From Somniosus microcephalus (lineage: Eukaryota): 64,000 nucleotides of DNA. Of this stretch, positions 47,889 through 59,257 are shown in pieces (the stretch's first letter is position 1; the number at the start of each line of letters is the position of its first letter). Under the pieces are notes generated by a model. That model made no database searches. It saw only the letters and a list, made by a program, of their open reading frames with translations, and was not told where the DNA came from. The position numbers were made by a program, and so were the translations under genes. The DNA lies in contig JBMRGM010000040.1 in the NCBI GenBank assembly GCA_052327205.1, forward strand, positions 47,678,001 to 47,742,000. The letters are read 5' to 3'.

Positions 47889-48460
47889 AGCTGCAGGAAG
47901 CTGCCTGCCAGCAAACAGAGCAACGCAGACTTTCCATTTGTCATCTATTTCCTTCTGTGCTTTTCTCACAGACAGAGGCACACAGTCAGAGAGAAGCCGT
48001 CAGGGAATTGAATACTGAACATTAAAATATCCAGGACATTGTAGAGGAAATGTTTATGCAGTGCTTGAGACAAAGCATCAAACTCACACAAAATACCCGT
48101 TAGTGCTCTCTTTTTGTGGTATGTCTCAGATATCCATCTCAGTGTCATGGATTCATGGAGGCTGGCAGCACAGTGGGAGGCCATTCGGCCAATCGTGCCT
48201 GTGCTGTCTCATTGAAAGAGCAGTCTTGCTTTCACCCGATGTTATCTCATTTTCTCTCTCCCTCCTCAGTGCCCCACACAAAAGGCAAACAGAAGGAGAA
48301 CACTCTACTAACGAGGAACTGGTGCAGGGTCTTGTTATACAGTTCTTCATATGCCAGTACATATTTTAAAATTACTTTAGTTCACTTGGTTCTGTTCAAC
48401 TTTTCCCGGGGTCATTTTAAGGAGCTGCCCAAAGATATTAAATTGGGGAAATTAAAAATC

Positions 48461-48532
48461 CTCTCCGTCAGGGAATTGAACCCCGGTCCCTCGCGTGACA
48501 GGTGAAGATATACACCACTATAGTAACGAGGA
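48461..48532 (-). pseudogene. tRNA-Asp(GTC), degenerate
   Basis: 72-nt match with a CTGTCAC loop and several stem mismatches. Confidence 0.85.
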
Positions 48533-49736
48533 ACTGAAAGATGCCGAATCTGTCAGAGCAAAAATCGACCTGTGAACAGAGGGACAAAGAGGCAGAAGGG
48601 ACAGAAACAAGAATAAGAACAAATAAAATAGGAGCAAGAGTGGGGCATTCGGCCCCTCGAGCCTGTCCCGCCATTCAATAAGGTCATGGCTGATCAGATC
48701 TTCGACTCAACGCCACTTTCCTGCCCATTCCCCATAACCGTGTCTCCCCTGTAGCTCAAATATATGTCTATCTCCGCCTTGAATATATTCAATGACTCCA
48801 CCTCCACAGCTCTCTGGGATAGAGGATTCCAGAGATTCACGACATTCGGAGAGAAGAAATTCCTCCTCGTCTCCGTTTTAAATGGGCGACCGGATATCAT
48901 GAAGCTTTGCACCCTATTTGTAGATTCCCCCAGGAGGGGAAACATCCTCACTGCATCTATCCTGTCAAGCACCCTTAGAATCCTATACAGAGAGAGACAG
49001 GGACAAAGAGGGAGACAAAGATAGACATACAGAGCGAGACGCTCAGTTTGACGTCATGCAGAGTGGTCCGAGGGATAAGGAACTTCAGTTATGGTGAGTG
49101 TCTGGGATTGTTTTCCTCAGAAGGTTAAGAAGAAATTTAGTAAGAGGCTTTCAAAATTACAAGGGGATTTGATTGAGGTAATAAGGAGAAACGCTTGTCA
49201 GTGGCAGGTGTGACGGTAACCAGAGGAGACCAATTGACGATAACAGAATCACTATGGGGAGAATTGTCTTACGCAGCAAGGGCTCAGGCCTAATCAATAT
49301 CTTACTGCTCAGGATAAGTGATCAAGACCCAGGCACTCTCTCATTCCAGTCTTGCAAACGTTGCTAACTTTCAAATGTTGCATTTTTCATACTGGCGTTG
49401 AGTTGATTGATAGCCGTGCTGTGATAAGCTAAGTTTGTTAGGGGGGTGCAGCCTGCAAGAAAATACATGGAAGGCTGATAATAACCGTGACTGTTCTGAC
49501 ACTGTGAGCTGCAGTTAAATGTGAGCATGTACACGTTTAAATTTTCTCGTTCCAAATATCATTTCTGCTGATTTTGAAACAGCAGGCATTCACAGAAGGT
49601 ACGGAAGTCTATTTTGTACCTGTTGAGGCAGCAGCAGCAGCAGCAGCGTTGTAAGTTGAAAGGTTGATCAGGAATAAGCTTTGCTTCGCACGAGTGCTTT
49701 GATTGGTGGCATTTCCAACAACCCCAAAACACCATC

Positions 49737-49809
49737 CTCCTTGACTGGGAATCGAACCCAGGCCGCTACAGATGAAAGCGTCAAAAATTAACCCCCACAC
49801 CATCAAGAA
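49737..49809 (-). pseudogene. tRNA-Glu(TTC) pseudogene
   Basis: B-box GGTTCGATTCCC and TTC anticodon are retained; the D-arm is degraded. Confidence 0.75.
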
Positions 49810-50509
49810 AGCTGCAAGAAGCTGCCTGCCAGCAAGCACAGCAACGCATACTTTCCTCCTTACTGCTTTGAAATTCAGAACACTTTCACGCCAGGCAGGC
49901 TTTTCGTACAAAATGACATGTTTTATGCGAGAACACAAAGGACATGTTCGCAAAACCACAGCACCAAGTGCGGGTAGGCGTTCATTTGACATCTATTTCC
50001 ATCTGTACTTTTCTCAGAGACAGAGACACACAGTCAGAGAGAAGCTGTCGTGGAATTGAATACTCACGATTATAATATCCAGAATATTGTAGAGGAAATG
50101 GTTATGCAGTGCTTGAAACAAATCATCAAACACACAAAAAATACCCGTGTGTGCTCTCTTTGTCTAGGTATGTCTCAGATATCCATCTCAGTGCCATGGA
50201 TTCATGGAGGCTGGCAGCACATTGGACGGCCATTCGGCAAATCGAGCCTGTGCTGTCTCTTCGAAAGAGCAGTCGTGCTTTCTCCCGCTGTTATCTCATT
50301 TTCTCTCTCCCTCCTCAGGGCCCCACACATAAGGCAAACAGAAGGAGAACACTCTACTCACGAGGAACGTGTGCAGGGAGTTGTTATACAGTTCTTCATA
50401 TGCCAGTATATATTTTAAAATTATTTTAGTTCATTTTGTTCTGTTCAACTTTTCCCAGGTGCATTTTAAGGAGCTCTCCAAAGGTTTAAAATTCGGGAAG
50501 TTAAAAATC

Positions 50510-50581
50510 CTCTCCATTGGGGGATTAAACCCCGGTCTTCCACGTGACAGGTGGGGAGACTCACCTCTATACTAACGAGGA
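50510..50581 (-). pseudogene. tRNA-Asp(GTC), degenerate
   Basis: 72-nt match; T-loop mutated (GTTTAATCC). Confidence 0.82.
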
Positions 50582-51778
50582 ACTGAAAGACACAGAATCT
50601 GACAGAGCAAAAATTGACCTGTGGACAGAGGGACAAAGAGGCAGAAGGGACAGAAATAAGAATAAGAACATAAAAAATAGGCGCAGGAGTGGGCCATTCG
50701 GCCCCTTGAGCTTGCTCCGTCAATCAATAAGATCATGGCTGATCAGATCTTCGACTCAACGCCACTTTCCTGCCCGCTCCTCATAACCCTTGACTCCCCT
50801 GTAGCTCAAATATATGTCTATCTCCACCTTGAATATATTCAATGACTCCGCCTCCACAGCTCTCTGGGGCAGAGGATTCCAAAGATTCACGACACTCTGA
50901 GAGAAGAAATTCCTCCTCATCTCCGTTTTAAATGGGCGACAACTTATCCTGAAGCTATCCCCACTAGTTCTCGATTCCCCCAGGAAGGGAACAACCTCCC
51001 TGCATCTATCCTGTCAAGCAGCCTCAGAATCCTATACAGAGAGAGACAGGGTCAAAGAGGGAGACAAAGATAGACATACAGAGCGACAGCCTCAGTTTGA
51101 CGTCTTGCAGTGTGTCCGAGGGATAAGGGACTTCAGTTATATTGAGAGTCTGGGATTGTAGTCCTCAGAAGGTTAAGAGGAAAATTAATAAGAGGCTTTC
51201 AATATTACAAAGGGATTTGATTGAGGTAATAAGGAGAAACGCTTGCCAGTGGCAGGTGTGACGGTAACCAGAGGAGAGTAATTTAAGATAACAGAATCTG
51301 TATGGAGAGAATTGTATTACGCAGCAAGGGCTCAGGCCTAATGAATATCTTACTGCTCAGGATAAGTTGTCACGGCCCAGGCACTCCCTCATTCCAGTCT
51401 TGCACATGTTGCTAACATTCAAATGTTGCATTTTTCACACTGGCATTGAGTTGATTGATAGCCGTGCTGTGATAAGCTAAGTTTGTTAGGTAGATGCCTT
51501 CGGCAAGAAAATACATGGAAGACTGATAATAACCATGACTGTTCTGACACTTTGAGCTGCAGTTAAATGTGGGCATGTAAACATTTGAATTGCCTCGTTC
51601 CAAATGTCATTACCTCTTGACTTTGAAACAGCAGACATTCTACCGAAGCCAAGGAAGTGCATTTTGTACCTGTTGAGGCAACAGCGGTGTTGCAAGTTGA
51701 ATGGTTGATCAGGAGCAAGCTTTGTTTTGCGCGGGTGCTTTGCTTGGTGGCATTTCAAACAGCCTCATAATGCACTGT

Positions 51779-51850
51779 TTCCTTGACCGATAATTGAACC
51801 CGGGCTGAGGCGATGAAAGCGCCAAATTCTAACCACTGGTGCATCAGGCA
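51779..51850 (-). pseudogene. tRNA-Glu(TTC) pseudogene
   Basis: 72-nt homologue at the equivalent unit position. Confidence 0.75.
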
Positions 51851-52538
51851 AGCTGCAGAGAGCTGCTTGCCAGGAAGCAGCCTGTCCTCCTTGCTGCTTT
51901 GAAATTCAGCACACTTTCACACCAGGCAAGCTTTTCGTACAAGATGGCAAGTTTTAGGCGAGAACACAAAGGACATATTCGCGAAAACAGAGCACCAATT
52001 GCGGGAAGGCGTCCATTTGGCATCTATTTACTTCTGTGCTTTTCTCAGCGACAGAGACACACAGTTAGAGAGAAGCCGTCGGGGAATTGAATACTCACCA
52101 TTATAATATCCAGAATATTGTGGAAGAAATGGTTATGCAGTGCTTGAGACAGAGCATCAAATACACAGAAAATACCCGTGTGTGCTCTCTTTGTGTGGGT
52201 ATGTCTCAGATACCCGTCTCAGTGTCATGGATTCATGGAGTCAGGCAGCATAGTGGGAGGCCATCTGGCCAATCTTGACTGCTGAATCTTTGAAAGAGCA
52301 GTCGTGATTACTCCCGCTGTTATTTCATTTTCTCTCTCCCTCCTCAGTGCCCGACACAAAAGGCAAACAGAAGGAGAACACTCTACTAACGAGGAAATGA
52401 TGCAGGGAGTTTAATACAGTTCTTCACATGCCAGTACATATTTTAAAATTATTTTAGTTCATTTTGAACTGTTCAACATTTCCATGGGGCATTTTAAGAA
52501 GCTGCCCAAAAGTTTTAAAATTGGGGATGCCATAAATC

Positions 52539-52610
52539 CTCTCCATCAGCAAATTGAACACCGATCTCCCGCCTGACAGGTGCGGACACTCAGCAGCATA
52601 ATAAAGAGGA
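52539..52610 (-). pseudogene. tRNA-Asp pseudogene
   Basis: 72-nt homologue, heavily mutated. Confidence 0.75.
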
Positions 52611-53667
52611 ACTGAATGATGCCGAATCTGTCAGAGCAAAAATCGACGTGTGAACAGAGGGACAAAGAGGCAGAAGGGACAGAAATAAAAATTAGAGCCT
52701 GATCAGATCTTTGACTCAACGCCATTTTCACGCCCGCTCCTCACAACCCTTGAGTCCACTGTAGCTCAAATATATGTCTAACTCCGCCTTGAATATATTC
52801 AATGACTCCGCCTCCACAGCTCTCTGGGGTAGTGGATTCCAAAGATTCACGACACTCTGAGAGAAGGAATTACTACTCAACTCCGTTTTAAATGGGCGAC
52901 CCCTTATCCTGAAGTTTTCCCCTAGTTCTCGATTCCCCCAGGAGGGGAACATCCTCCCTGCATCTATCCTGTCAAGCAGCCTCAGACTCCTGTACAGAGA
53001 GAGACAGGGACAAAGATGGAGACAAAGATACACATACAGAGCGAAACACTCTGTTTGACGTCTTGCAAAGTGGTCCAAGAGATAAGGAACTTCAGTTATG
53101 TTGAGACTGTGGGATTGTTTGCCTCAGACGGTTAAGAGGCAATTTAATGAGATGCTTTCAAAATTATAAGGGGATTTGATAGAGGTAATAAGGAGAAACG
53201 CTGGCCAGTGGCAGATGTGATGGTAACCATAGGAGACAAATTGAAGATAACAGAATCAGTACGGGGAGAATTGTCTTACACAGCAAGGGCTCAGGCCCAA
53301 TGAATAACTTACTGCTTAGGATAAGTTATCACGTCCCAGGCACTCTCTAATTCCAGCCTTGCACATGTTGCTAACTATCAAACGTTGCATTTTTCAGACT
53401 GGCGTTGAGTTGATTGATAGCCGTGCTAAGTATTTTAGGGAGATGCAGTCGGCAAGAAAATACATGGAAGATGAAAATAACCGGGACTGTTCTGACACGC
53501 TGAGCAGCAGTTAAATGTGGGCATGTAAACACTTAAATTGTCTACATCCAAATGTAATTTCCTGCTGACTTTGAAGCAGCAGACATTATACAGAAGGCAA
53601 GGAAGTGCATGTTGTACCTGTTGAAGCAGCAGCCGTGTTGAAAGCTTGATCAGGAGCAAGAATTGCT

Positions 53668-53982
53668 TCAAATCAAATCAAATCAAATCAACATTTATTG
53701 TCATTGTTAGTGCACAAGTGCAGTACAACGAAATGTAGGCTTCCGGCTCCTGAGAGTGTACATTTCGATTAAGACATTTAAACATTCAACATTCATTAAT
53801 ATATTAACATAAACATAATCATAATAAAGTGCATTGGCAGATGTGCAGGCTTTAGAGTTTAATTGTGGAGTTCAGTAGGATGACAGCCATGGGAAATAAG
53901 CTGTTCCTAAATCTGGTCTTATGGGTGTGAATGCATCTGTGGAGTCTCCCAGATGGCAGGAGGGCGAACAGACTGCGGCTGG
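53668..53982 (-). mobile_element. Rex1/Babar LINE 3' end inserted in array 2
   Basis: Minus translation LPSGRLHRCIHTHKTRFRNSLFPMAVILLN; ends AATGACAATAAA plus (TTTGA)n; absent from the other units. Confidence 0.82.
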
Positions 53983-54015
53983 GGTGCTTTGATTGGTGGC
54001 ATTTCAAACAGCCCT

Positions 54016-54073
54016 ATCGAACACGAGCCAAGGCGATGAAAGCGCCGAACCCAAACCACTAGACCATCAGGGA
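54016..54073 (-). pseudogene. tRNA-Glu(TTC) pseudogene, 3'-deleted
   Basis: 5' 58 nt are recognisable; the 3' acceptor strand is missing. Confidence 0.72.
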
Positions 54074-54773
54074 AGCTGCGGGAAGCTGCCTGCCAGCAAG
54101 CAGAGCAACGCAGAATTTCCTCCTTGCTGCTTTGAAATTCAGATCACTTTCACGCCAGGCAAAGGTTTCATACAAGAGGACATCTTTTAGGCGAGAACAC
54201 AAAGGATATGTTCGCGAAACCACAGCACCAAGTGCGGGTAGGCTTGCATTTGACATCTATTTCCTTCTGTGCTTTTCTCAGAGAGAGAGACACACAGTCA
54301 GAGAGAAGCCGTCGGGGAATTGAACACTCACCATTATTATATCCAGGACATTGTAGAGGAAATGTTTATGCAGTGCTTGAGACAAAGCATCAAACACACA
54401 CAAAATACCCGTGTGTGCTCTCTTTGTGTGGTTATGTCTCAGATATGAATCTCAGTATCATGGATTCATGGAGCCTGGCAGCACATTGGGAGGCCATTCG
54501 GCCAATCGTGCCTGTGCTGTCTCTTTGAAAGAGCAGTCGTGCTTTCTCCCGCTGTTATCTCATTTTCTCTCTCCCTCCTCAGTGCCCCACACAAAAGGCA
54601 AAGAGAAGGAAAACAGTTTAATAACGAGGAAATGGTGCAGGGAGTTGTAATACAGTTCTTCATATGCCAGTAAATATTCTAAAATTATTTTAGTTCATTT
54701 TGTTCTGTTCAGCTTTTCCCAGGGGCATTTTAAGGAGCTGCCGAAAGGTTTAAAATTGTGGATGTTAAAAATC

Positions 54774-54845
54774 TTCCACTTTGGGGAATTGAACCATGGT
54801 CTTGCGTGTGTCAGGTAGAGGTAGTCACCACTTTACAAACGATGA
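54774..54845 (-). pseudogene. tRNA-Asp pseudogene
   Basis: Positional and sequence homologue, heavily mutated. Confidence 0.7.
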
Positions 54846-54945
54846 ACTGAAGCATGCAGTATCTGTCAGAGCAATAATCGACCTGTGATCAGAGGGAAAA
54901 AGAGGCAGAAGGGACAGAAATAAGAATAAGAACAGAAGAAATAGG

Positions 54946-56152
54946 TAAGAAGTCACACAACACCAGGTTATAGTCCAACAGTTTTATTTGAAATCACAAG
55001 CTTTCAGTGCGCTGCTCCTTCGTCAGGTGAAGTGGAGAGATGCATAAAGACACAGCATATATAGTCAGAGAATAATGCCAGATGATTACAGGTAATCTTT
55101 CTAACTGCCATTTATCACACCTCGGCAGAGAGATAATCACAGTGATCAAAGGTGTGAATGGTGTCCAAACAGGTTGGTCAGGAAAATATTACATCAAAGA
55201 ACAATGAGGTGTGGTCACAAGGGGTCAAATGTTGCAGATGCTGGGGTCTGTATGAAAAACAAAATACAGACAAATAAACATTTTTTGTTTTTTTTGCTGG
55301 AAATCACAGCAGGTCCGGCGGCATCTGTGCAGAGAGAACAAGCCAACGACGACTCGAGTCTGGATGACTCTACGTCAGGTGGGGTTACATGTAGCGTGAC
55401 ATGGACCCAAGATCACGGTTGAGGCCGTCCTCATGAGTGCGGAACTTGGCTATCAGTTTCTGCTCGAAGATTTTGCATTGTCGCGTGTCTCGAAGGCTGC
55501 CTTGGAGAATGCTCACCTGAAGATCGGAGGCTGAATATCCTTGACTGCTGAAGTGTTCCCCAACTGGGAGGGAACACTCCTGCCTGGCGATTGTTGTGCG
55601 GTGTCCGTTCATCCGTTGTCGCAGTGTCTCGCTGATGTACCATGCTCCGGGGCATCCTTTCCTGCAATGTATGAGATAGACAACGTTGGCCGAGTCCCAT
55701 GTGTATGTACCATGTACCTGGTGGGTGGTGTCCTCACGTGTGATGATGGTATCTGTGTTGATGATCTGGCATGTCTTGCAGAGGTTGATGTGGCAGGGTT
55801 GTGTGGTGTTGTGGTCGCTGTTCTCCTGAAAGCTGGGTAATTTGCTGCGAACGATGGTCTGTTTGAGGTTATGCGGCTGTTTGAAGATGAGTAGTGGGGG
55901 CGTGGGGATGCCCTTAGCGAGGTGTTCGTCGTCATCGATGACATGTCAAGGGCTGCGAAGAACATGGCGTAGTTTCTCCGCTCCGGGGAAGTACTGGACG
56001 ACGAAGGGTACTCTGTTGGTTGTGTCCCGTGTTTGCCTTCTGAGGAGGTCTATGCGATTTTTTGCTGTGGCCCGTCGGAACTGTCGATCGACGAGTCGAG
56101 CATCATATCCCGTTCTTACGATGGCGTCTTTCAGCTTCTGTAGGTGTCCATC
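54946..56152 (-). mobile_element. Penelope-like element (3' part with GIY-YIG endonuclease)
   Basis: NRVPFVVQYFPG and MNGHR...PVGEHFS...EQKLIAKFRTHEDGLNRD; 8-bp TSD GAAATAGG at 54938-54945 and 56153-56160. Confidence 0.9.
54993..55030 (-). ncRNA. Minimal type I hammerhead ribozyme motif of a Penelope terminal repeat
   Basis: TCAC-CTGACGA-A-GGAGCAGCGCACT-GAAA-GCTT-GTGA; core intact, one mismatch in stem II. Confidence 0.65.
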
Positions 56153-56699
56153 GAAATAGGAGCAGCAGTGGGCGATTCGGCCCCTCGAGCCTGCGCGACC
56201 ATTCAATAAGATCATGGATGGACAGGTCATCGACTCAACACCACCCTATTGAATAAGATCATGGATGATCAGATCTTCGACTCAACGACAGTTACCCGCC
56301 CGCTCCCCTTAAACCTTGACTCCCCTGTAGCTCAAATATATGTCTATCTCCGCCTTGAGCGTTCCAAAGATTCACGACCTTCTGAGAGAAGAAATTCCTC
56401 CTCTTCTCCGTTTTAAGTGGGCGACCGGATATCCTGAAGCTTTGCCCCCTAGTTGTAGATTCCCCCAGGAGGGGAATCATCCGCCCTGCATCTATACTGT
56501 CAAGCAGCCTCAGAATCCTACACAGAGAGAGACAGGGACAAAGAGGGAGACAAAGGTAGACATACAGAGCGAGACACTCAGTTTGACGTCTTGCAGCGTG
56601 GTTTGAGCATTAAGGACTTCAGTTATGTTGAGAGTGTGGGATTGTTTTCCTCAGACGATTAAGAGGATATTTAATAAGAGGTTTTCATACTTACAAAGG

Positions 56700-56771
56700 G
56701 ATTCTGTAGTATGATGGTTATCATGTTTGGATCACATGGGACAGGTCCCCGATTCAAAACTACCGAGAAGA
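56700..56771 (+). pseudogene. tRNA-Val(CAC) pseudogene
   Basis: GATTCTGTAGTATGATGGTTATCATGTTTGGATCACATGGGACAGGTCCCCGATTCAAAAC aligns to tRNA-Val(CAC). Confidence 0.72.
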
Positions 56772-57209
56772 TAATGAAATGCCCTCCATTTATAATGAGT
56801 GTATATGTGGTTGAATGTGCATGAAATATCTCACTGCCCCGTTATATTTGCTCTTTCTCTGCAGAGTTCTGCAGGCACTGCAACTCGATAGAGATACCGA
56901 CAATGTCTCTCCCTTACTCCCGTTTCCTGCCCTGACGGTGCAGAAAGCCACACTTTCCAACGGATTTCAGTGGATTTGGGAGAAATCATTAAAGGATCCT
57001 GCAGCGCTGCCTCCATTAGTAGCAACAGTTAGAAGCCACATTTCAGCTGCGGCAACAAACCCGTCAGTTTCTCGCTGTTCCTCAGCTCGTGGAGTGAGTG
57101 AGGTGTTGAAAAGCAACAACATTCAGGCCGCCTGTCCCACGCGCTCTCACCAATCAACCGCATCCACCACAGACACTTGGATTTCTGTGATCAGTTATTC
57201 TCTATATTA

Positions 57210-57665
57210 TAAAAAAGGATACATAGGCACTGGATAAGGTGCAGGAGAGATTTATTATATTCTAGAAGTGAGAGGTTATACCGATCAAGAAAAGCTCATC
57301 AGGCTCTTTTCTCCAGCAAAGGGAACACTGAGGGGTGACCGCATAGAGCTCTTTAAGATAATGAACGTGTTTGATAGGGATCAACAGTAGGGCCACCAAT
57401 ATAAAATAGTCGCTCATAAATCCAAAATGGAATGCAGGAGGGACGTCTTTCCCAGAGAGTGGTTAGAATGTGGAAGTGGATAACACAGGGGTTTGTTGAG
57501 GCGAATAGCACAGATGCATTTAACGGGATACTAGATCAGCACATGAATAAGAATGAATGCAAGTATATATTGATGGCGTTAGAGGAAGAGGGGTGGGAGG
57601 AGGCTCGTGTAGAGCATAAACACCGGCACGGACCATTTGGGTTGTACAGTCGGTTAGTCTGCCGT
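57210..57665 (+). mobile_element. Old CR1 3' fragment
   Basis: SQRVVRMWKW...VEANSTDAF-type C-terminus. Confidence 0.65.
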
Positions 57666-57694
57666 AAAAACTTTCGACTGCTTCGTAGTATTCT

Positions 57695-57962
57695 GACCAC
57701 ACACCACACAAAAATGGCAGATACACCATACGTCACACAATCATAGATAACCCAACGCACATCACACAAACATAACCGACCTGAAGTCAATCAAATATGG
57801 CCGATTAATTTCAGAAAATCATGGCTGCCGTATCGCACAGCACACAAACATGGCTGACCCACAGTACGTCAGACAATCATGGACGACGTGACATCACACA
57901 AGCGTAGCCAAACTGCCGTCACACATATATGGCCGACCTGAGGTCACACAAATATAGCGGCC
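57695..57962. repeat. Degenerate ~25-bp tandem repeat
   Basis: Roughly 10 CACACAAACATGGCCGACCTGACGT-like units. Confidence 0.6.
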
Positions 57963-58099
57963 CGTGTTTGCCCTTTGCCCTGCGGCAGGTGATGCCACAG
58001 TAGTTTACCACGTCACAGTGACCGCAACTGCTGGTTTCTCAATATGGATTCGGCTCCATCCCTGCGCTCAGTTTATATATCGATGCATAGATACATTGA

Positions 58100-58640
58100 A
58101 GAAAGGAGCAGGAGCAGGCCATTCGGCCCCTCGAGCCTGCTCCACCATTCAATGAGGTCATGGCTGATCATACAAATTCAGTACCCTGTCCATGCCTTCT
58201 CCCCAAAACCCTTGATACCCTTAGCCTTAAGAAAGTTATCTAACTCCTTCTTGAATATATTTAATGAATTGGCCACAACTGCATTCTGTGGTAGAGAATT
58301 CCACAGGTTCACCACTCTCTGGGTGAAGAAATTCCTCCTCATCTCTGTCCTAAATTGCTTACCCCTTATCCTTCGACTGTGACCCCTGGTTCTGGACTCG
58401 CCGGCCTTCGGGAACATCCTTCCTGCATCTCGTCTGTCTAGACCTGTTAGAATTTTATAAATTTCAATGAGATCCCCGCTCATTCTTCTAAACTCCAGCG
58501 AGTATAAGCCCAATCGACCCAACCTCTCCTCATACGTCATTCCTGCCATCCCAGGTATCAGTCTGGTGAATCTTCGCTGCACGCCCTCCACGGCAGGAAC
58601 ATCCTTTCCCAGATAAGGTGATGAAAATTGCACACAATGT
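58100..58640 (-). mobile_element. CR1 3' fragment (a + strand CR1 tail follows at 58640-58835)
   Basis: ORF 58178-58672 contains LYSLEFRRMSGDLIE and RRNFFTQRVVNLWNSLP. Confidence 0.88.
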
Positions 58641-59257
58641 TGGTAGAATTTTGGAACTCTCATCCACAACACAGCAATTGTAGTTTTAAATCCGAGATGG
58701 ATAGATTTTTGTTAACCAATGTTTTTAACGGATATGGGGCAAAGGCGGCTATATGGCGTTAGGTCACAGATCAGCCATGACCTCATTGAATGGTGGAATA
58801 GGCTCGTGCGGCTAAATGGACGCCTCCTGTTCCTAAAAAGCACTGGAGTTTAACCTGTTAAAACTGCACAGCTGGAAATTACAGAGCACTGGTAAACATC
58901 AGCCTCTTCCCTGGCACAGACCACATGACCCATCAGGGTTTGGCTCGCAGGGTACTCAGTCCGGTGGGAATAGCAAGCTCCTAGTGACAAGTTACTCAGT
59001 TTGCACCGCCTGTGACCCGGAAACCCTGAAAAGTGCTAACAAAATAACAATCAGTTCTTTATGTTAGTATAAACAATTAATTTCGTAAATTACGCTATTG
59101 GAGAAACAGTAATGACGATACCAATCGACTGCAACAGGAAATATAAAGGCGAGCAGAATGGGAAGACAAGTGGCAGATGGAATGTAATAATGAGAAGTGT
59201 TAGGTGATGCATTTTGGCAGAAGGAACAGGGAGAGGCAATATGCACTGTTATTGGAT

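Larger units (their letters stand above)
46897..56699. repeat. Tandem array 2: ~2.04-kb units with tRNA-Glu(-), tRNA-Asp(-), Asp relics and embedded CR1 fragments
   Basis: tRNA-Asp at 48461, 50510, 52539 and ~54774; shared spacers and CR1 pieces in every unit. Confidence 0.93.
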
